DNA of 64,000 bases from Prevotellaceae bacterium (GTDB lineage: Bacteria > Bacteroidota > Bacteroidia > Bacteroidales > UBA932): assembly GCA_031290935.1 (NCBI GenBank), contig JAISLK010000010.1, forward strand, positions 1,748-65,747, given 5' to 3'. Position 1 is the first letter of the stretch. Every line of letters begins with the position of its first letter. The notes beneath the pieces are model-generated. The model had not been told where the DNA came from, made no database searches, and worked only from the letters and a program-made list of their open reading frames with translations. Below, piece after piece: positions 47,552 to 57,781 of the stretch. The translations under genes were made by a program, and so were the position numbers.

Positions 47552-48802
47552 ATGATGCAAAAGAAAAAAATAATCAATGACCCGATTCACGGATTTATAG
47601 ATATTCCTGCCGGGTTGATATTTGAATTGCTTGAGCACCCCTTCCTGCAACGGCTGCGGGGCATCAAACAGATGGGATTAACGTACCTCGTATATCCCTG
47701 CGCCTGCCATTCGCGGTTTTCACATGCCCTGGGCGCCATGCACCTGATGCGCCAGGCGCTCCTTTCCCTCCGCTCCAAAGGGCATGCCATAACGCCCGAA
47801 GAGATGGAAGCCGCCGAATGCGCCATTTTGCTGCACGACGTCGGGCACGGGCCGTTCAGCCATACCCTCGAACATACCATCGTCGAAAATATCCATCACG
47901 AAGAACTCTCGCTGGTATTCATGAAACGCCTGGACGCGCAGTACGGCGGGCGGCTGAAAACAGCCATTGCCATCTTCGACGGCAGTTACCCCAAAAAGTT
48001 TTTGCACCAGTTAGTCTCAAGCCAGCTGGACGTAGACCGGCTGGATTACCTGCGCCGCGACAGCTTTTTCTCCGGCGTAGTAGAAGGGATGATAGGCCTT
48101 GAGCGCATCCTCAAAATGCTGGACGTAGTCAACAATGAACTGGTCGTAGAAGCAAAAGGCATCTATTCCGTCGAAAAATTCCTTATTTCGCGCCGCCTCA
48201 TGTACTGGCAAGTATATTTACACAAAACGGTAATTGCCGCCGACCAGCTATTATTAAACATCCTGCGTCGCGCAAAACTGTTAATCGCCGGAGCCGTTCC
48301 TCTGCCCGTGCCGCCCGCGCTACAGCTCTTTTTATCCAACCGTTTTACCCTGGAAGATTTCCACCGGCAGGACGTCCTGGACGCTTTCGCCCTCCTTGAC
48401 GACAGCGATATCGACTGCGCCATCAAAAGCTGGCGCAACGCCGATGATGAAATCCTGTCGGAACTTTGCCGCATGATGACCGCGCGCCGTTTATTCAAAA
48501 TTGAAATCAGCCCCCAACCCTTCGATGAAACATATACCGGGAAAATCAAAACGCAGGTTCAACAACATTTCTCACATATCCCCGAAGCCGCGCCCTACTT
48601 TATGGTAAACGATATTATCAAAAACCGGGGATACGACGACCGCACCGGGAAAATACAAATCCGCTTCGGGAAATCCGAACTGCGCGACATCTACGACGTG
48701 TCCGACCTGCTCAGCGCACAAGCCTTCTCCGGCGTTACAAAGAAATACTTCCTCTGTTACCCGAAGGGAATAGACAACGATGCCATTCATTTTAACCAAT
48801 AA
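47552..48802 (+). CDS. HD-domain phosphohydrolase (dNTP triphosphohydrolase-like)
   Basis: HSRFSHALG, LLHDVGHGPFSH and DVDRLDYLRRD motifs. Upstream of lpxD, as in many Bacteroidota. Confidence 0.85.
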   Translation: MMQKKKIINDPIHGFIDIPAGLIFELLEHPFLQRLRGIKQMGLTYLVYPCACHSRFSHALGAMHLMRQALLSLRSKGHAITPEEMEAAECAILLHDVGHGPFSHTLEHTIVENIHHEELSLVFMKRLDAQYGGRLKTAIAIFDGSYPKKFLHQLVSSQLDVDRLDYLRRDSFFSGVVEGMIGLERILKMLDVVNNELVVEAKGIYSVEKFLISRRLMYWQVYLHKTVIAADQLLLNILRRAKLLIAGAVPLPVPPALQLFLSNRFTLEDFHRQDVLDAFALLDDSDIDCAIKSWRNADDEILSELCRMMTARRLFKIEISPQPFDETYTGKIKTQVQQHFSHIPEAAPYFMVNDIIKNRGYDDRTGKIQIRFGKSELRDIYDVSDLLSAQAFSGVTKKYFLCYPKGIDNDAIHFNQ

Positions 48803-48820
48803 AATAAAACAATAATAAAA

Positions 48821-49837
48821 ATGTTATTTACAGCAAAAATACTGGCCGAATACCTTCACGGCGACATCATCGGCGACGAAAACGCCGCCGCCGGCACCGT
48901 AGCCCGCATAGAACAGGGAACCCCGGGCGCCCTCTGTTTCCTCGCCAACCCGAAGTACGAACAGCACCTCTATACCACCAAAGCCTCGATTGTACTCGTC
49001 AACCGCAGTTTCAAACTCCAACAGCCCGTATCCTGCACCCTCATCCGCGTGGACAACGCCTACGAAAGCATTGCCTCCCTCCTCGACCTGTACAACTCCA
49101 TGAAAACCCTCCACAAAAAAGGACGCTCCTGGCGGGCGCGCATCTCCTGGCGGGCGAAACTCGGGAAAGCCGTATGGGTCGGCGCCGGCAGCTACATTGC
49201 GCGCGGCACGCGGGTCGGAAACAACACCAAAATATTCCCCCACGTATATATCGGCGAACAGGTAACCATCGGCGACAACTGCATCATCTACCCCGGCGTA
49301 AAAATCTATCACGGATGCAAAATCGGCAATAATTGCACGATACACGCCAACACCGTCATCGGCTCCGACGGCTTCGGCTTTGCCCCCACCGCCGACGGGT
49401 CGTACAAAAAAATTCCGCAAATCGGGCATGTAATATTGGAAGACAACGTGGAAATCGGCGCCAACACCGTCATTGACCGCGCTACGATGGACGCCACCAT
49501 CATCCGGCAAGGCGTGAAAATTGACAACCTCGTACAGATTGCCCACAACGTGGAAGTAGGCGAAAACACCGTCATGGCTGCGCTTTCCGGCGTAGCCGGC
49601 TCCACCAAAATAGGCCGCCGGTGCATGTTCGGCGGGCAGGTAGGCATTGCCGGGCACATCACCGTCGCCGACGGCACCCGCGCCGGCGCGCAAACAGGCA
49701 TCAGCGCTACCGTAAAAGCCCCCAACCAGACCCTCATGGGCTCCCCGGCCATCAATTATTCCGACTACTTCAAAGCCTACGCCATCTTCCGCAAACTCCC
49801 CGAAATTAAAAAACAATTGGACGCCCTTGCGAAATAG
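48821..49837 (+). CDS. lpxD: UDP-3-O-acylglucosamine N-acyltransferase
   Basis: LpxD N-terminal domain plus left-handed beta-helix hexapeptide repeats. 338 aa. Confidence 0.92.
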   Translation: MLFTAKILAEYLHGDIIGDENAAAGTVARIEQGTPGALCFLANPKYEQHLYTTKASIVLVNRSFKLQQPVSCTLIRVDNAYESIASLLDLYNSMKTLHKKGRSWRARISWRAKLGKAVWVGAGSYIARGTRVGNNTKIFPHVYIGEQVTIGDNCIIYPGVKIYHGCKIGNNCTIHANTVIGSDGFGFAPTADGSYKKIPQIGHVILEDNVEIGANTVIDRATMDATIIRQGVKIDNLVQIAHNVEVGENTVMAALSGVAGSTKIGRRCMFGGQVGIAGHITVADGTRAGAQTGISATVKAPNQTLMGSPAINYSDYFKAYAIFRKLPEIKKQLDALAK

Positions 49838-50003
49838 CAATGGATAAAATTTATCAGAAATAGTTATAAACGGTCGAGAAGGCCATACTGCTTTCGATGG
49901 TGGTAATATGTATGTAAAAACTGTATATGACTGTGCCTATAGATTAGTCCGCTGTTAGCGTCCATAGCCTTTTTATCAATCTAAATTGGCTAACCGAATG
50001 TTT

Positions 50004-50894
50004 TTAATATTCCCACAAATCCTGCTCGAAGTTGAAAAGTTCTTCTTTGATTTTTTCCGATTCCAGCATCATCTCAAAATCGTTGCGGGCGTAGGAACTT
50101 ATCAAACGGTTGTTTTGATTGTTGGCTTCCGCCACAATATAGGAATTGAAGTAACGTTTGAGGAATAAATCATCAAACGACATCTGGGAAATTTCGTTTC
50201 CGCCGGTAAAGCAAAGCGTGTTCGCCAAAGTTTTACGTATTTCGGGATAATACACCCAGAATAAACGCGCTTTTACTTTGTCGCCCTCTTCTTCCTCCCC
50301 GTCGTCCGTACGCAGCTGGCGGTGATATACGCGGATGGGGCAAATGCCGATAATCCGTACAAACATTTGCGAGTAACGGGTATCGAAGAACCATTCTTCT
50401 TTTACCAGCAGTTCCTGCACTTCGCTCCAGTTGATTTGCCCGCGGATGATAACGGTCGTGTCCCCCGTGCCGTCCATTTTAGGTCGTACCGATTTGCGGT
50501 CGGCGGCGTTAAACCGCGAGATAAGCGCTTCGGGCTTTAATACGGTGGTAAATTCGTCGGAGTCGGTATCATAGGCGGTTATTTTCCCAGCCTGTATGGC
50601 TTGCACCAACGCCTGCACCAGACTTTTCCGGCCTTGCAGGACTTCGGTCGGATAGTATAGGGGGTAATTGATTTTTTCCCTGAGGTCGATAATACGCCAT
50701 ATTTTCCTTGCCCATACCACATCGGATTCGCGAATGGGCGTATAAGGGAACGGTTCTTTTTCCTGGACGATATCCCGCTGGAAGGCGCCGTCCATCACTA
50801 AACTTTGCTTTTGCGGCATCTGCCATTGAGCGGCCGCGCTGCCGGCGGAAAGCAGGAAAATACTGAATAATGAAATGGTAATAAAATGCTTCAT
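50004..50894 (-). CDS. gldN: Gliding motility / T9SS protein GldN (PorN)
   Basis: Signal peptide and VVWARKIWRIIDLREKIN motif. Last gene of the gldKLMN operon. Confidence 0.85.
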   Translation of the reverse strand: MKHFITISLFSIFLLSAGSAAAQWQMPQKQSLVMDGAFQRDIVQEKEPFPYTPIRESDVVWARKIWRIIDLREKINYPLYYPTEVLQGRKSLVQALVQAIQAGKITAYDTDSDEFTTVLKPEALISRFNAADRKSVRPKMDGTGDTTVIIRGQINWSEVQELLVKEEWFFDTRYSQMFVRIIGICPIRVYHRQLRTDDGEEEEGDKVKARLFWVYYPEIRKTLANTLCFTGGNEISQMSFDDLFLKRYFNSYIVAEANNQNNRLISSYARNDFEMMLESEKIKEELFNFEQDLWEY

Positions 50895-50911
50895 ATCTTT
50901 ACAAATAATTT

Positions 50912-52456
50912 TTATCTGACTTTTACGGTAATGTCCGGCAACTCTACGTCCCCGTTAGGCCCTCTGGCGATGATGTTCGTAAACGCAACGAGTTGCCCCG
51001 AACGAACCCGGTTGAGCAACTGCTTTTGTTCGTCGGTAAATAATTGCGAACCGGATGTTTTTTCTTCCAGGTAACCTTGAATCGTAGCGGATACGGTGAA
51101 AGAAGTAACCCGGTATTTTAAATCGAAATCAAAATCTTTCATTTCGGCAAATAGGCCTTGCGAAGCCATCAGGTCGCCTTTTGTCGCGGTTTTCGCAGTA
51201 ATCCCTTCCAGGCGCGGCGCCGGGATCGGCAGGTTCTTTACGCGGAATGACATCCCGCCCATATCTTTCCCGTCGAATGTTACGGACACCTTGCAAACAT
51301 TACCGCTGCCCGGGACGAGGATAAACTCGTTTGCACCGCGCGTAATCGTGCCGTTCGTTACGGACGGTATTAACTTTTCCGGCGGAACGCCGGACAGCGA
51401 AATGCTAACGGGGTTTTCTATCCCGCGGTACACCACGTTCATTTTGGTGGGCGAAACAACCACGTTCGGTTCCGCCACCTGGAATTGCATGGCTACCGGG
51501 CGGGTTGTTTTCCCGCCGGGCCCGCTAAATTCGATAGCGCCTTTCAGGTTCACCGGCCCGACTGTTTGCGCCTGATAGTTGTAAATAATTTTCCCCGCCT
51601 GGTTTGCCTGGTACGTTCTCCCGCCTATTTGCAATACGGGACGCGCCGTGGGGTCATAAGCGGCTAAAAATATTTCGGCGCTGTATTCCGTCCCTTTCAA
51701 TACATAATTGGAAACCGGGACAACCGCTACGTCAATATCCGAAAATTTAAAATCGGACGCGTCAATTTGGCCGGACAGGTGGTTCAGTACTTCGCTTTCG
51801 CAGTTGAGGATATCCAGTTGAAATTTTGACAGCAGCGAAATCGCCGAAATCAACGGGATACTCTCAAACTGGGTTTCCCACGTCCGGCGCATGCCGTCGG
51901 AGGCTTCCGGCGGGTTGTCGGTTTGCAGTAAATGATGGATAGATTCGTTCACCATCGCATTACCGGTGGACATGCCGAGTAGAAATTCCTTATAGTCAAT
52001 AATTTTTTTGCGCATGGTATAAGCTTCCCCATCGCCGTCGCCCAGTAAAATCCGGGATGCGACGTCGGTATTATCTTTTCCTTCGATAGCCCATGAATCA
52101 AAAGAAAGCCCGTCGGGTTCCAGCGCCGGCGCATCTTCCCCGTCGCTGGCTTTTACGATTTGCACTTTCAGCAGTTGAATATAGGTGTACAGTTCCTCGG
52201 CTCTTTTGTGTACTTCTTCGGCTTTATTTTGCCAGGGGCCTACTTTTTCGGGATTTTCTGCCGCCGCCCGTGCAAAGTTGGACAGCTCGGCTTTATTCTT
52301 TATGCGGGTAGTTTGAATACTTTGCTTGAGGCTTTTGTTGATAAGAACAAATGCGTCCAATACTTCAACAGATACGTTCAGCGCCAACATGGCTGTTAGC
52401 ACCAGGTACATCATGTTGATCATTTTTTGACGAGGAGTGAGTCTTCCGCCAGCCAT
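50912..52456 (-). CDS. gldM: Gliding motility / T9SS protein GldM (PorM)
   Basis: N-terminus LTPRQKMINMMYLVLTAMLALNVS, the hallmark TM helix. 514 aa. Confidence 0.9.
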   Translation of the reverse strand: MAGGRLTPRQKMINMMYLVLTAMLALNVSVEVLDAFVLINKSLKQSIQTTRIKNKAELSNFARAAAENPEKVGPWQNKAEEVHKRAEELYTYIQLLKVQIVKASDGEDAPALEPDGLSFDSWAIEGKDNTDVASRILLGDGDGEAYTMRKKIIDYKEFLLGMSTGNAMVNESIHHLLQTDNPPEASDGMRRTWETQFESIPLISAISLLSKFQLDILNCESEVLNHLSGQIDASDFKFSDIDVAVVPVSNYVLKGTEYSAEIFLAAYDPTARPVLQIGGRTYQANQAGKIIYNYQAQTVGPVNLKGAIEFSGPGGKTTRPVAMQFQVAEPNVVVSPTKMNVVYRGIENPVSISLSGVPPEKLIPSVTNGTITRGANEFILVPGSGNVCKVSVTFDGKDMGGMSFRVKNLPIPAPRLEGITAKTATKGDLMASQGLFAEMKDFDFDLKYRVTSFTVSATIQGYLEEKTSGSQLFTDEQKQLLNRVRSGQLVAFTNIIARGPNGDVELPDITVKVR

Positions 52457-52505
52457 AATTTTTTAATTTAAAAAGTAGCTTATGAATATTTTTATCATTT
52501 GCGTA

Positions 52506-53465
52506 CTATTTTCTTTTCAAAGTTTTATTCACCGTATTTACTACCGACACGTACGCCGTGTTCAATTCGGCAATTAATTTGTTCAGTTCAATCATTTGCC
52601 GGTCGAACTGTTCGGATTGTTTTGCCGAGTTGTCCATTACCGTCAGTAATTTTTGGCTGTGTTCGACATATCCTTTATGTTCCTGCATATACAATTCGTA
52701 GGAAGTATTCACGGCCTGCAAATTTTTATTCAATGCCACCAAATTCACGTTCGCCTGTTGCCCGCCTGCCGTGATGGTTTTCGCCGTTTCATTGTAAGCG
52801 GCGGCAAAAGCCTGGGTCGTCTGACTCAGCGCCGTTAAATTTGCGGAGGCTTGCTGCCCGCCAGCGGCAATGGTTTTCGCCGTTTCATTGTAAGCGTTGG
52901 CAAACGCCTGCGTTGTTTGATTCAATGTCGATAAATTGACATTCGCCTGTTGCCCGCCGGCCATAATGGTTTGCGCCGTTTCATTGTAAGCGGCGGCAAA
53001 AGTTTGGGCTGTCTGGTTAAGCACCGTCATATTGCCTGCCGCCTGTTGCAGTCCGCCTACAAACCGGTTGGAAGTTTCGGCTACGGTAGCCAATGCGCCA
53101 AGGCTGCTTAACGATTGATTGAACCGTTCTACATTTCTTTTCAGGTTTTCAGCTGAGTCGGAATCTATGTCCAGCCCCTGCCTTTTCTGCATGCCTGCTG
53201 CGGCTTTATTTGTCGCCGCGCCGTGCCCGTCTCCCAATTCGGGAAATACCGTATCCCAATGGTACTCGAGCGGAATGGGGTCAAATGCCGAGAAAAAGAA
53301 AATAATACACTCAATGCCCATCCCGATAGTAAGCATATATCCTGCAAATGGCCAGTGCTGCAACTTAAACAGTGCGCCGATAATAACCATGGACGCCCCC
53401 CAGCCATACATGCGGGCGGTAAATGTTTTCCAACCTTTTTTTTCTACGAATTGAAAGAATGCCAT
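52506..53465 (-). CDS. gldL: Gliding motility / T9SS protein GldL (PorL) with a triplicated 32-aa C-terminal repeat
   Basis: MAFFQFVEKKGWKTFTARMYGWGASMVIIGALFKLQHWP and a second TM containing E. Start at CAT 53463-53465 rather than the ORF-track 53573. Confidence 0.85.
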   Translation of the reverse strand: MAFFQFVEKKGWKTFTARMYGWGASMVIIGALFKLQHWPFAGYMLTIGMGIECIIFFFSAFDPIPLEYHWDTVFPELGDGHGAATNKAAAGMQKRQGLDIDSDSAENLKRNVERFNQSLSSLGALATVAETSNRFVGGLQQAAGNMTVLNQTAQTFAAAYNETAQTIMAGGQQANVNLSTLNQTTQAFANAYNETAKTIAAGGQQASANLTALSQTTQAFAAAYNETAKTITAGGQQANVNLVALNKNLQAVNTSYELYMQEHKGYVEHSQKLLTVMDNSAKQSEQFDRQMIELNKLIAELNTAYVSVVNTVNKTLKRK

Positions 53466-53502
53466 ATTAAATATTTTAACAGTTATGTGTGTTTTTAATT
53501 GT

Positions 53503-54843
53503 TTATCGGGTTCCCATGTACGACCGTACGCAACGGAATCCGATATATGATTTGGTCGAATCCTGGTATTCATACATGCGCGTGCCGCATTGTAAAAAAT
53601 ACGAAATGTCTTTCCACGAACCGCCGCGCACTACTTTGCGTTTAAAGACGGCCGGGTCGGAGGTTTTTGGGATAGTCGTATAATTTGGTTCTAAATCGTG
53701 ATATTGGCTATAAGCATTTTCATCGAATGTATTGGACGTCCATTCGGACACATTGCCCGCCATGTCGTATAACCCATAATCATTCGGTTCGTAAGAACCT
53801 ACTGGCATGGTATAAACGCCGCCGTCAAGTTCATATTTTCCGCGTTGCGGTTTGAAGTTGGCCAAATAGCAGCCTTCTTTATTGGTGGCATACGGTCCGC
53901 CCCAGGGGTACAGTTCGCTTTCCAGGCCGCCGCGTGCGGCATATTCCCATTCCGCTTCATTCGGCAACCGATATGGACTAGGATAATTTTTCACAAGGCT
54001 GGCATGAAGCATCTCTGTACGCCATCTGCAAAATGCCGTAGCCTGTTTCCAGGAAACGCCGACCACCGGATAGTCATTGTAGGATACATGAGAAAAATAG
54101 CTGATAACAAAAGGTTCGTTGTAGGAAAAAGCAAAATCGCGTATCCAGCATAAGGTGTCGGGATATACATAAACCGATTCTTTCATAATGAATGAACTGC
54201 GGTCGCGTATTGCTTCGCGTTCTCCCTGCGAATTAATTATAAAACCGGTATATTTTTTCTGTTCCGCATCGTAACGGGCATTAGCGGCCTGTTGGTAGTC
54301 AATCCATGAGTATTCATAAATCAATTTGCGGACGTCAATTTCTTCCCGTCTGGAAATGGCTTCATCGCCGGCATAATTCATTTCACGAATCAGCGGGCGT
54401 TGCGTTTCATCCCTGTAATTTATACGCGCCCGCCAGTCTAACGGCCTTTTCTCGTCGGTATAGTCCACATCTTCTTCTTCCGGCAAAAAAAAGTTGTCGT
54501 CAGCTGTACCCAATAGCGCACGAATAGTAGAGTCTCGCACATAACTGGTAAATTGGCGGTATTCATAGTTGGTGATTTCCGTTTGATCCATCCAAAATGC
54601 ATTGATTGTAATTGTACGGGGAACAGCGTTCATAGCCCACAAAATATCCTGGTCGTTATTTCCTATGACTACATGCCCGGAAGGAACATATATCATTCCA
54701 TAGGGCGGAATTTCCGAAGTTGCTGTAGATTTCCCTTTTGTTCCACGCGACAATTCGCCTGTGTAACCGTAATTAGTCCTCATACACCCGTAGAGACAAA
54801 GAGACAATACAATAACCACAGTTAAGTAGAGCGATTTATTCAT
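53503..54843 (-). CDS. gldK: Gliding motility / T9SS lipoprotein GldK (PorK), FGE-sulfatase fold
   Basis: Lipobox LSLCLYGC. Motifs ...RGGSWKD...GFRCV. Confidence 0.9.
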   Translation of the reverse strand: MNKSLYLTVVIVLSLCLYGCMRTNYGYTGELSRGTKGKSTATSEIPPYGMIYVPSGHVVIGNNDQDILWAMNAVPRTITINAFWMDQTEITNYEYRQFTSYVRDSTIRALLGTADDNFFLPEEEDVDYTDEKRPLDWRARINYRDETQRPLIREMNYAGDEAISRREEIDVRKLIYEYSWIDYQQAANARYDAEQKKYTGFIINSQGEREAIRDRSSFIMKESVYVYPDTLCWIRDFAFSYNEPFVISYFSHVSYNDYPVVGVSWKQATAFCRWRTEMLHASLVKNYPSPYRLPNEAEWEYAARGGLESELYPWGGPYATNKEGCYLANFKPQRGKYELDGGVYTMPVGSYEPNDYGLYDMAGNVSEWTSNTFDENAYSQYHDLEPNYTTIPKTSDPAVFKRKVVRGGSWKDISYFLQCGTRMYEYQDSTKSYIGFRCVRSYMGTR

Positions 54844-54869
54844 AGTTATTTTAATGTATTTTTAATTTT

Positions 54870-55808
54870 TTACAAATATCTTATACTTTTATACTGTTGT
54901 GTACCGCGCACTGCCTTTACTGCAAATGAATAACTTAACATCAACTCATGTGTACCGCTGTTGAAACGGCTTAGCCGGGATGTGGCATATTCATAAGCAT
55001 AGGCGATATTCAATCCGTTGAAAACTTCCAGCCCAGCCATTACGGCGATGGTTTGTCCCCAACGGTAGCTGGCGCCCGCCCAATATTTTTTATTATACAT
55101 CGCATTGCAAGCTATGTTATAGCTTGTTTGCGTAAAATCGGACACAACCACCAACATGGGCGTTATCGTCCATGCGGCGCTGTCCGCAAAAAATGTAAAC
55201 CCGCCCATAGCGTGCAGCGTTGGGCGGTAGCGGGCATTATTGTCAATGCCTAATTTCGGGCTGGTAAGATGCGTAAATGATAATCCGCCAAACCAGCGGG
55301 AATCGGAATAATATGCGCCTGTTCCCAAATCGAAAGCAACGCCTGCATTTTCCTGGCTCGGCGCAACCGGGTCGATTCCGCCGTCGGGCAGTTTCCACGT
55401 AGTGTTAGCATACCAACTGCCGATAAACCCTAATGAAACGCCTACGCCTATCTGTCCGGCGCCCAATGCCCGGCGGTAAGCATAGCCGAAATTTAACCCC
55501 GGCGCCCGTAAAAAACCCGCCATTTCGTTCTGTAACGTAACACTGATACCGCTACGTATTCCAAATACATTCACCGGCCCATGTACGTTTACAACAGTAG
55601 AAACGGGAGCTTCATCAAAACCTCGTAATTCCAAACGGTTATAGCCGGAAGCGCAAAACATTTCTTCTTGTGTATTGCCTGCATATCCCGGATTTATAAA
55701 TGTTGGGTTCATAAACCATAAATTAAATTGAGCGTCTTGTTGTGCTTGAATTTTATTGGCAAACCCCACTATGGCTATTACCGGAAGTATTTTATACCAA
55801 ACAATCAT
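54870..55808 (-). CDS. PorP/SprF family T9SS outer-membrane protein
   Basis: QQDAQFNLWFMNPTFINPGYAG N-terminal motif and C-terminal ...YSF-type beta-barrel end. Sits immediately upstream of gldK. Confidence 0.8.
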   Translation of the reverse strand: MIVWYKILPVIAIVGFANKIQAQQDAQFNLWFMNPTFINPGYAGNTQEEMFCASGYNRLELRGFDEAPVSTVVNVHGPVNVFGIRSGISVTLQNEMAGFLRAPGLNFGYAYRRALGAGQIGVGVSLGFIGSWYANTTWKLPDGGIDPVAPSQENAGVAFDLGTGAYYSDSRWFGGLSFTHLTSPKLGIDNNARYRPTLHAMGGFTFFADSAAWTITPMLVVVSDFTQTSYNIACNAMYNKKYWAGASYRWGQTIAVMAGLEVFNGLNIAYAYEYATSRLSRFNSGTHELMLSYSFAVKAVRGTQQYKSIRYL

Positions 55809-56064
55809 GCACTTTACCCCTAATTTCTATATAAAGTAATTTTGCAAAGTAACTAAATAAAGCCGAATTGCGCAAAAAAAAGTTTTATTTTAATAAAAAA
55901 AATCACTATCAGTCCTGTTTTAGAAATTAATAGCTATTTGGTTTGACTACATTTTTCCATGTAAGTTTAACGTGTCGCCGCCTGTTGCAACCCATAAATC
56001 TGTATGACGAAGGCACTTTTCCCATGTTTGACGGTAAAGGCAACACACATCAAAAACATAAAAG

Positions 56065-57225
56065 TTAAATACCTTTTTTAAACAGTTCTTTTACTTTTGA
56101 AATAATGAGCACCGGATGCTCTTTATAAACGATTATTCCTTCCGGAGACACTAATATGCAAGTGGGGACTCTAAAAATGCTGTATTGTTTTTTAATAGAT
56201 TTCCCTCTTCCCGAGTGGCTATCGTTCAAATGTATCCACGTTAAGTTATCGTTTTCAATGGCCGCTATCCAGTTTTCATCTTTTTGTTCATTGCAGGCGA
56301 TGCCTATAAACTCAATATTTGCGTCCTGTTCTTTTAAATTTTTATATAATTTCGCCAACAACGGACTTGATTCGCGGCAAGGGCCGCACCATGAGCCCCA
56401 GAAATCAAGTAATACATATTTCCCCTTGAAATTCGACAAGGTGATTTCCTGCCCGTCCAGCGCTTTCATGGTAAAGTCGGGCGCCTGCGCTCCCACTTCG
56501 GATGCGCGGACGCCGGCAATATAATTTTTCACCAATATCCCTGCCGGAGAATTTTGTACTCTCTCCGAAAGCGCATAAAATGCCTTTTCATAGTCGTCAA
56601 TGTTGTTATCAGAATCAAAACGAAGCAAAGAGGCCGAATAAGCCACATCGGGATTGTTTTTTACAAAAATCCTTTCCACACTGTGTATGCCCTCGAAAAT
56701 ATTGTTTGATTTATCTATTAAATCACGTGCTATTTTGAACAGCACAGTGTCGTTTGTTTCACGAAATTTAGCAAGCATTTTTAGCGCTTCGCTCTGTATA
56801 TTTTGCGCGCTGTCGGTAATGCTATTGATTTCCGCCATGTCAGGATGGCTGTACAATCCGCCAGTCATCTTGATATATCGCCAGTCATTTACATTACCGC
56901 TTACGTTCAATGCGGCATAAGATTCCAAAAAACGTTTTGGCGACTGGGTATCTTCAGGTTTGAACTTTTCGTCCGGCCTCAACAAGGTTAGCTGAACCTC
57001 ACAATCGTTTACTTTTGTTTTGAGTGTAAATTTGCCTGCTTTCGTTACAACAGCCGAGTCCGTGGCTATCCACAATGATCCGCCAGGGTCTTCGACAGAC
57101 AGGATAATCCTGTCGCCTACTTCCAAACCATCAATTTCTCCATTGATGATATTTTGTTTTTCCATGCTACATGCAAATGCAAAGAGTAGCGTCGTTATGA
57201 ATAACATGAAGGATTTATTTGCCAT
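56065..57225 (-). CDS. TlpA-family thiol:disulfide oxidoreductase with DUF4369-like N-terminal domain
   Basis: Lipoprotein-type signal peptide and FWGSWCGPC thioredoxin motif. Confidence 0.8.
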   Translation of the reverse strand: MANKSFMLFITTLLFAFACSMEKQNIINGEIDGLEVGDRIILSVEDPGGSLWIATDSAVVTKAGKFTLKTKVNDCEVQLTLLRPDEKFKPEDTQSPKRFLESYAALNVSGNVNDWRYIKMTGGLYSHPDMAEINSITDSAQNIQSEALKMLAKFRETNDTVLFKIARDLIDKSNNIFEGIHSVERIFVKNNPDVAYSASLLRFDSDNNIDDYEKAFYALSERVQNSPAGILVKNYIAGVRASEVGAQAPDFTMKALDGQEITLSNFKGKYVLLDFWGSWCGPCRESSPLLAKLYKNLKEQDANIEFIGIACNEQKDENWIAAIENDNLTWIHLNDSHSGRGKSIKKQYSIFRVPTCILVSPEGIIVYKEHPVLIISKVKELFKKGI

Positions 57226-57257
57226 AGTATATTGCTTTTAAATTATGTTTTGATTCA

Positions 57258-57265
57258 CAAAGATA
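57258..57265 (-). promoter_or_regulatory. -7 box for the TlpA-family gene
   Basis: CAAAGATA on the + strand, 33 nt upstream of the start. Confidence 0.5.
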
Positions 57266-57312
57266 CAAAAAATTACAAAACCGGTGAGGAATTGGGCACG
57301 AACGTTCTTAAT

Positions 57313-57343
57313 CAAAAAAACCTCCACTGTTCGATGTGTGGAG
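57313..57343 (-). terminator. Displaced original terminator of tRNA-Leu (next to attL)
   Basis: Stem CTCCAC/GTGGAG with a U-tract on the minus strand. Homologous to the hairpin at 63581-63618. Confidence 0.5.
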
Positions 57344-57352
57344 ATTTTTGTA

Positions 57353-57371
57353 TTGTACCCGGGGCGGGAAT
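57353..57371. repeat. attL core TTGTACCCGGGGCGGGAAT (orphan copy of the tRNA-Leu 3' end)
   Basis: Identical to 63646-63664. Confidence 0.9.
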
Positions 57372-57463
57372 AAAAATACATCATTAACATATTCATTTTA
57401 AATTATTTTTATTTCCACAAGGTGTAAAAAAAGTGTAAAAACAACAAAATCATTCTTTGGCTT

Positions 57464-57571
57464 TTATATTGCCGTATCTTGTTTTGTCATTTTACGCTGG
57501 CTTGCATAACCCCAAATACCTGCTCCGATAGCAAACATGCCTACTCCGATGAATAAATAAATTAGCGCCAT
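57464..57571 (-). CDS. 35-aa single-TM peptide (not in the ORF track)
   Basis: Hand-translated as MALIYLFIGVGMFAIGAGIWGYASQRKMTKQDTAI. A hydrophobic helix followed by a basic tail. Confidence 0.3.
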   Translation of the reverse strand: MALIYLFIGVGMFAIGAGIWGYASQRKMTKQDTAI

Positions 57572-57580
57572 AATAGTATT

Positions 57581-57781
57581 TTATTTTGAGTTTCTTTTAT
57601 TGTTTTCTTTGTCTAACCAAATTAAGTATAACCCTATTGACATTGCCAACGCTGTTACCGTGCTTCCTACAGCAAATAGCAACGGCGCTGAAAGGTCTTG
57701 CCTCATCAAGCCTGCTAATATCACCCCTCCAAAAACTAATTTTGCAATATCAATAAGTATTTTACCAACTTCTTTTTTCAT
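57581..57781 (-). CDS. 66-aa two-TM small membrane protein
   Basis: Two hydrophobic segments and a charged C-terminus. A -7 box lies at 57786-57793. Confidence 0.45.
   Translation of the reverse strand: MKKEVGKILIDIAKLVFGGVILAGLMRQDLSAPLLFAVGSTVTALAMSIGLYLIWLDKENNKRNSK

Noticed and set aside
48824-49840. 338-aa antisense ORF mirroring lpxD. Similar mirror ORFs lie opposite parA (1192..2040), guaB (9696..10778), 33386..34171, 35403..36236 and 37108..37893
   Set aside because: These are typical shadow ORFs on the strand opposite GC-rich genes. Their composition is Gly/Val/Ala/Arg-biased and they carry no motifs, whereas the sense-strand genes have unambiguous signatures.
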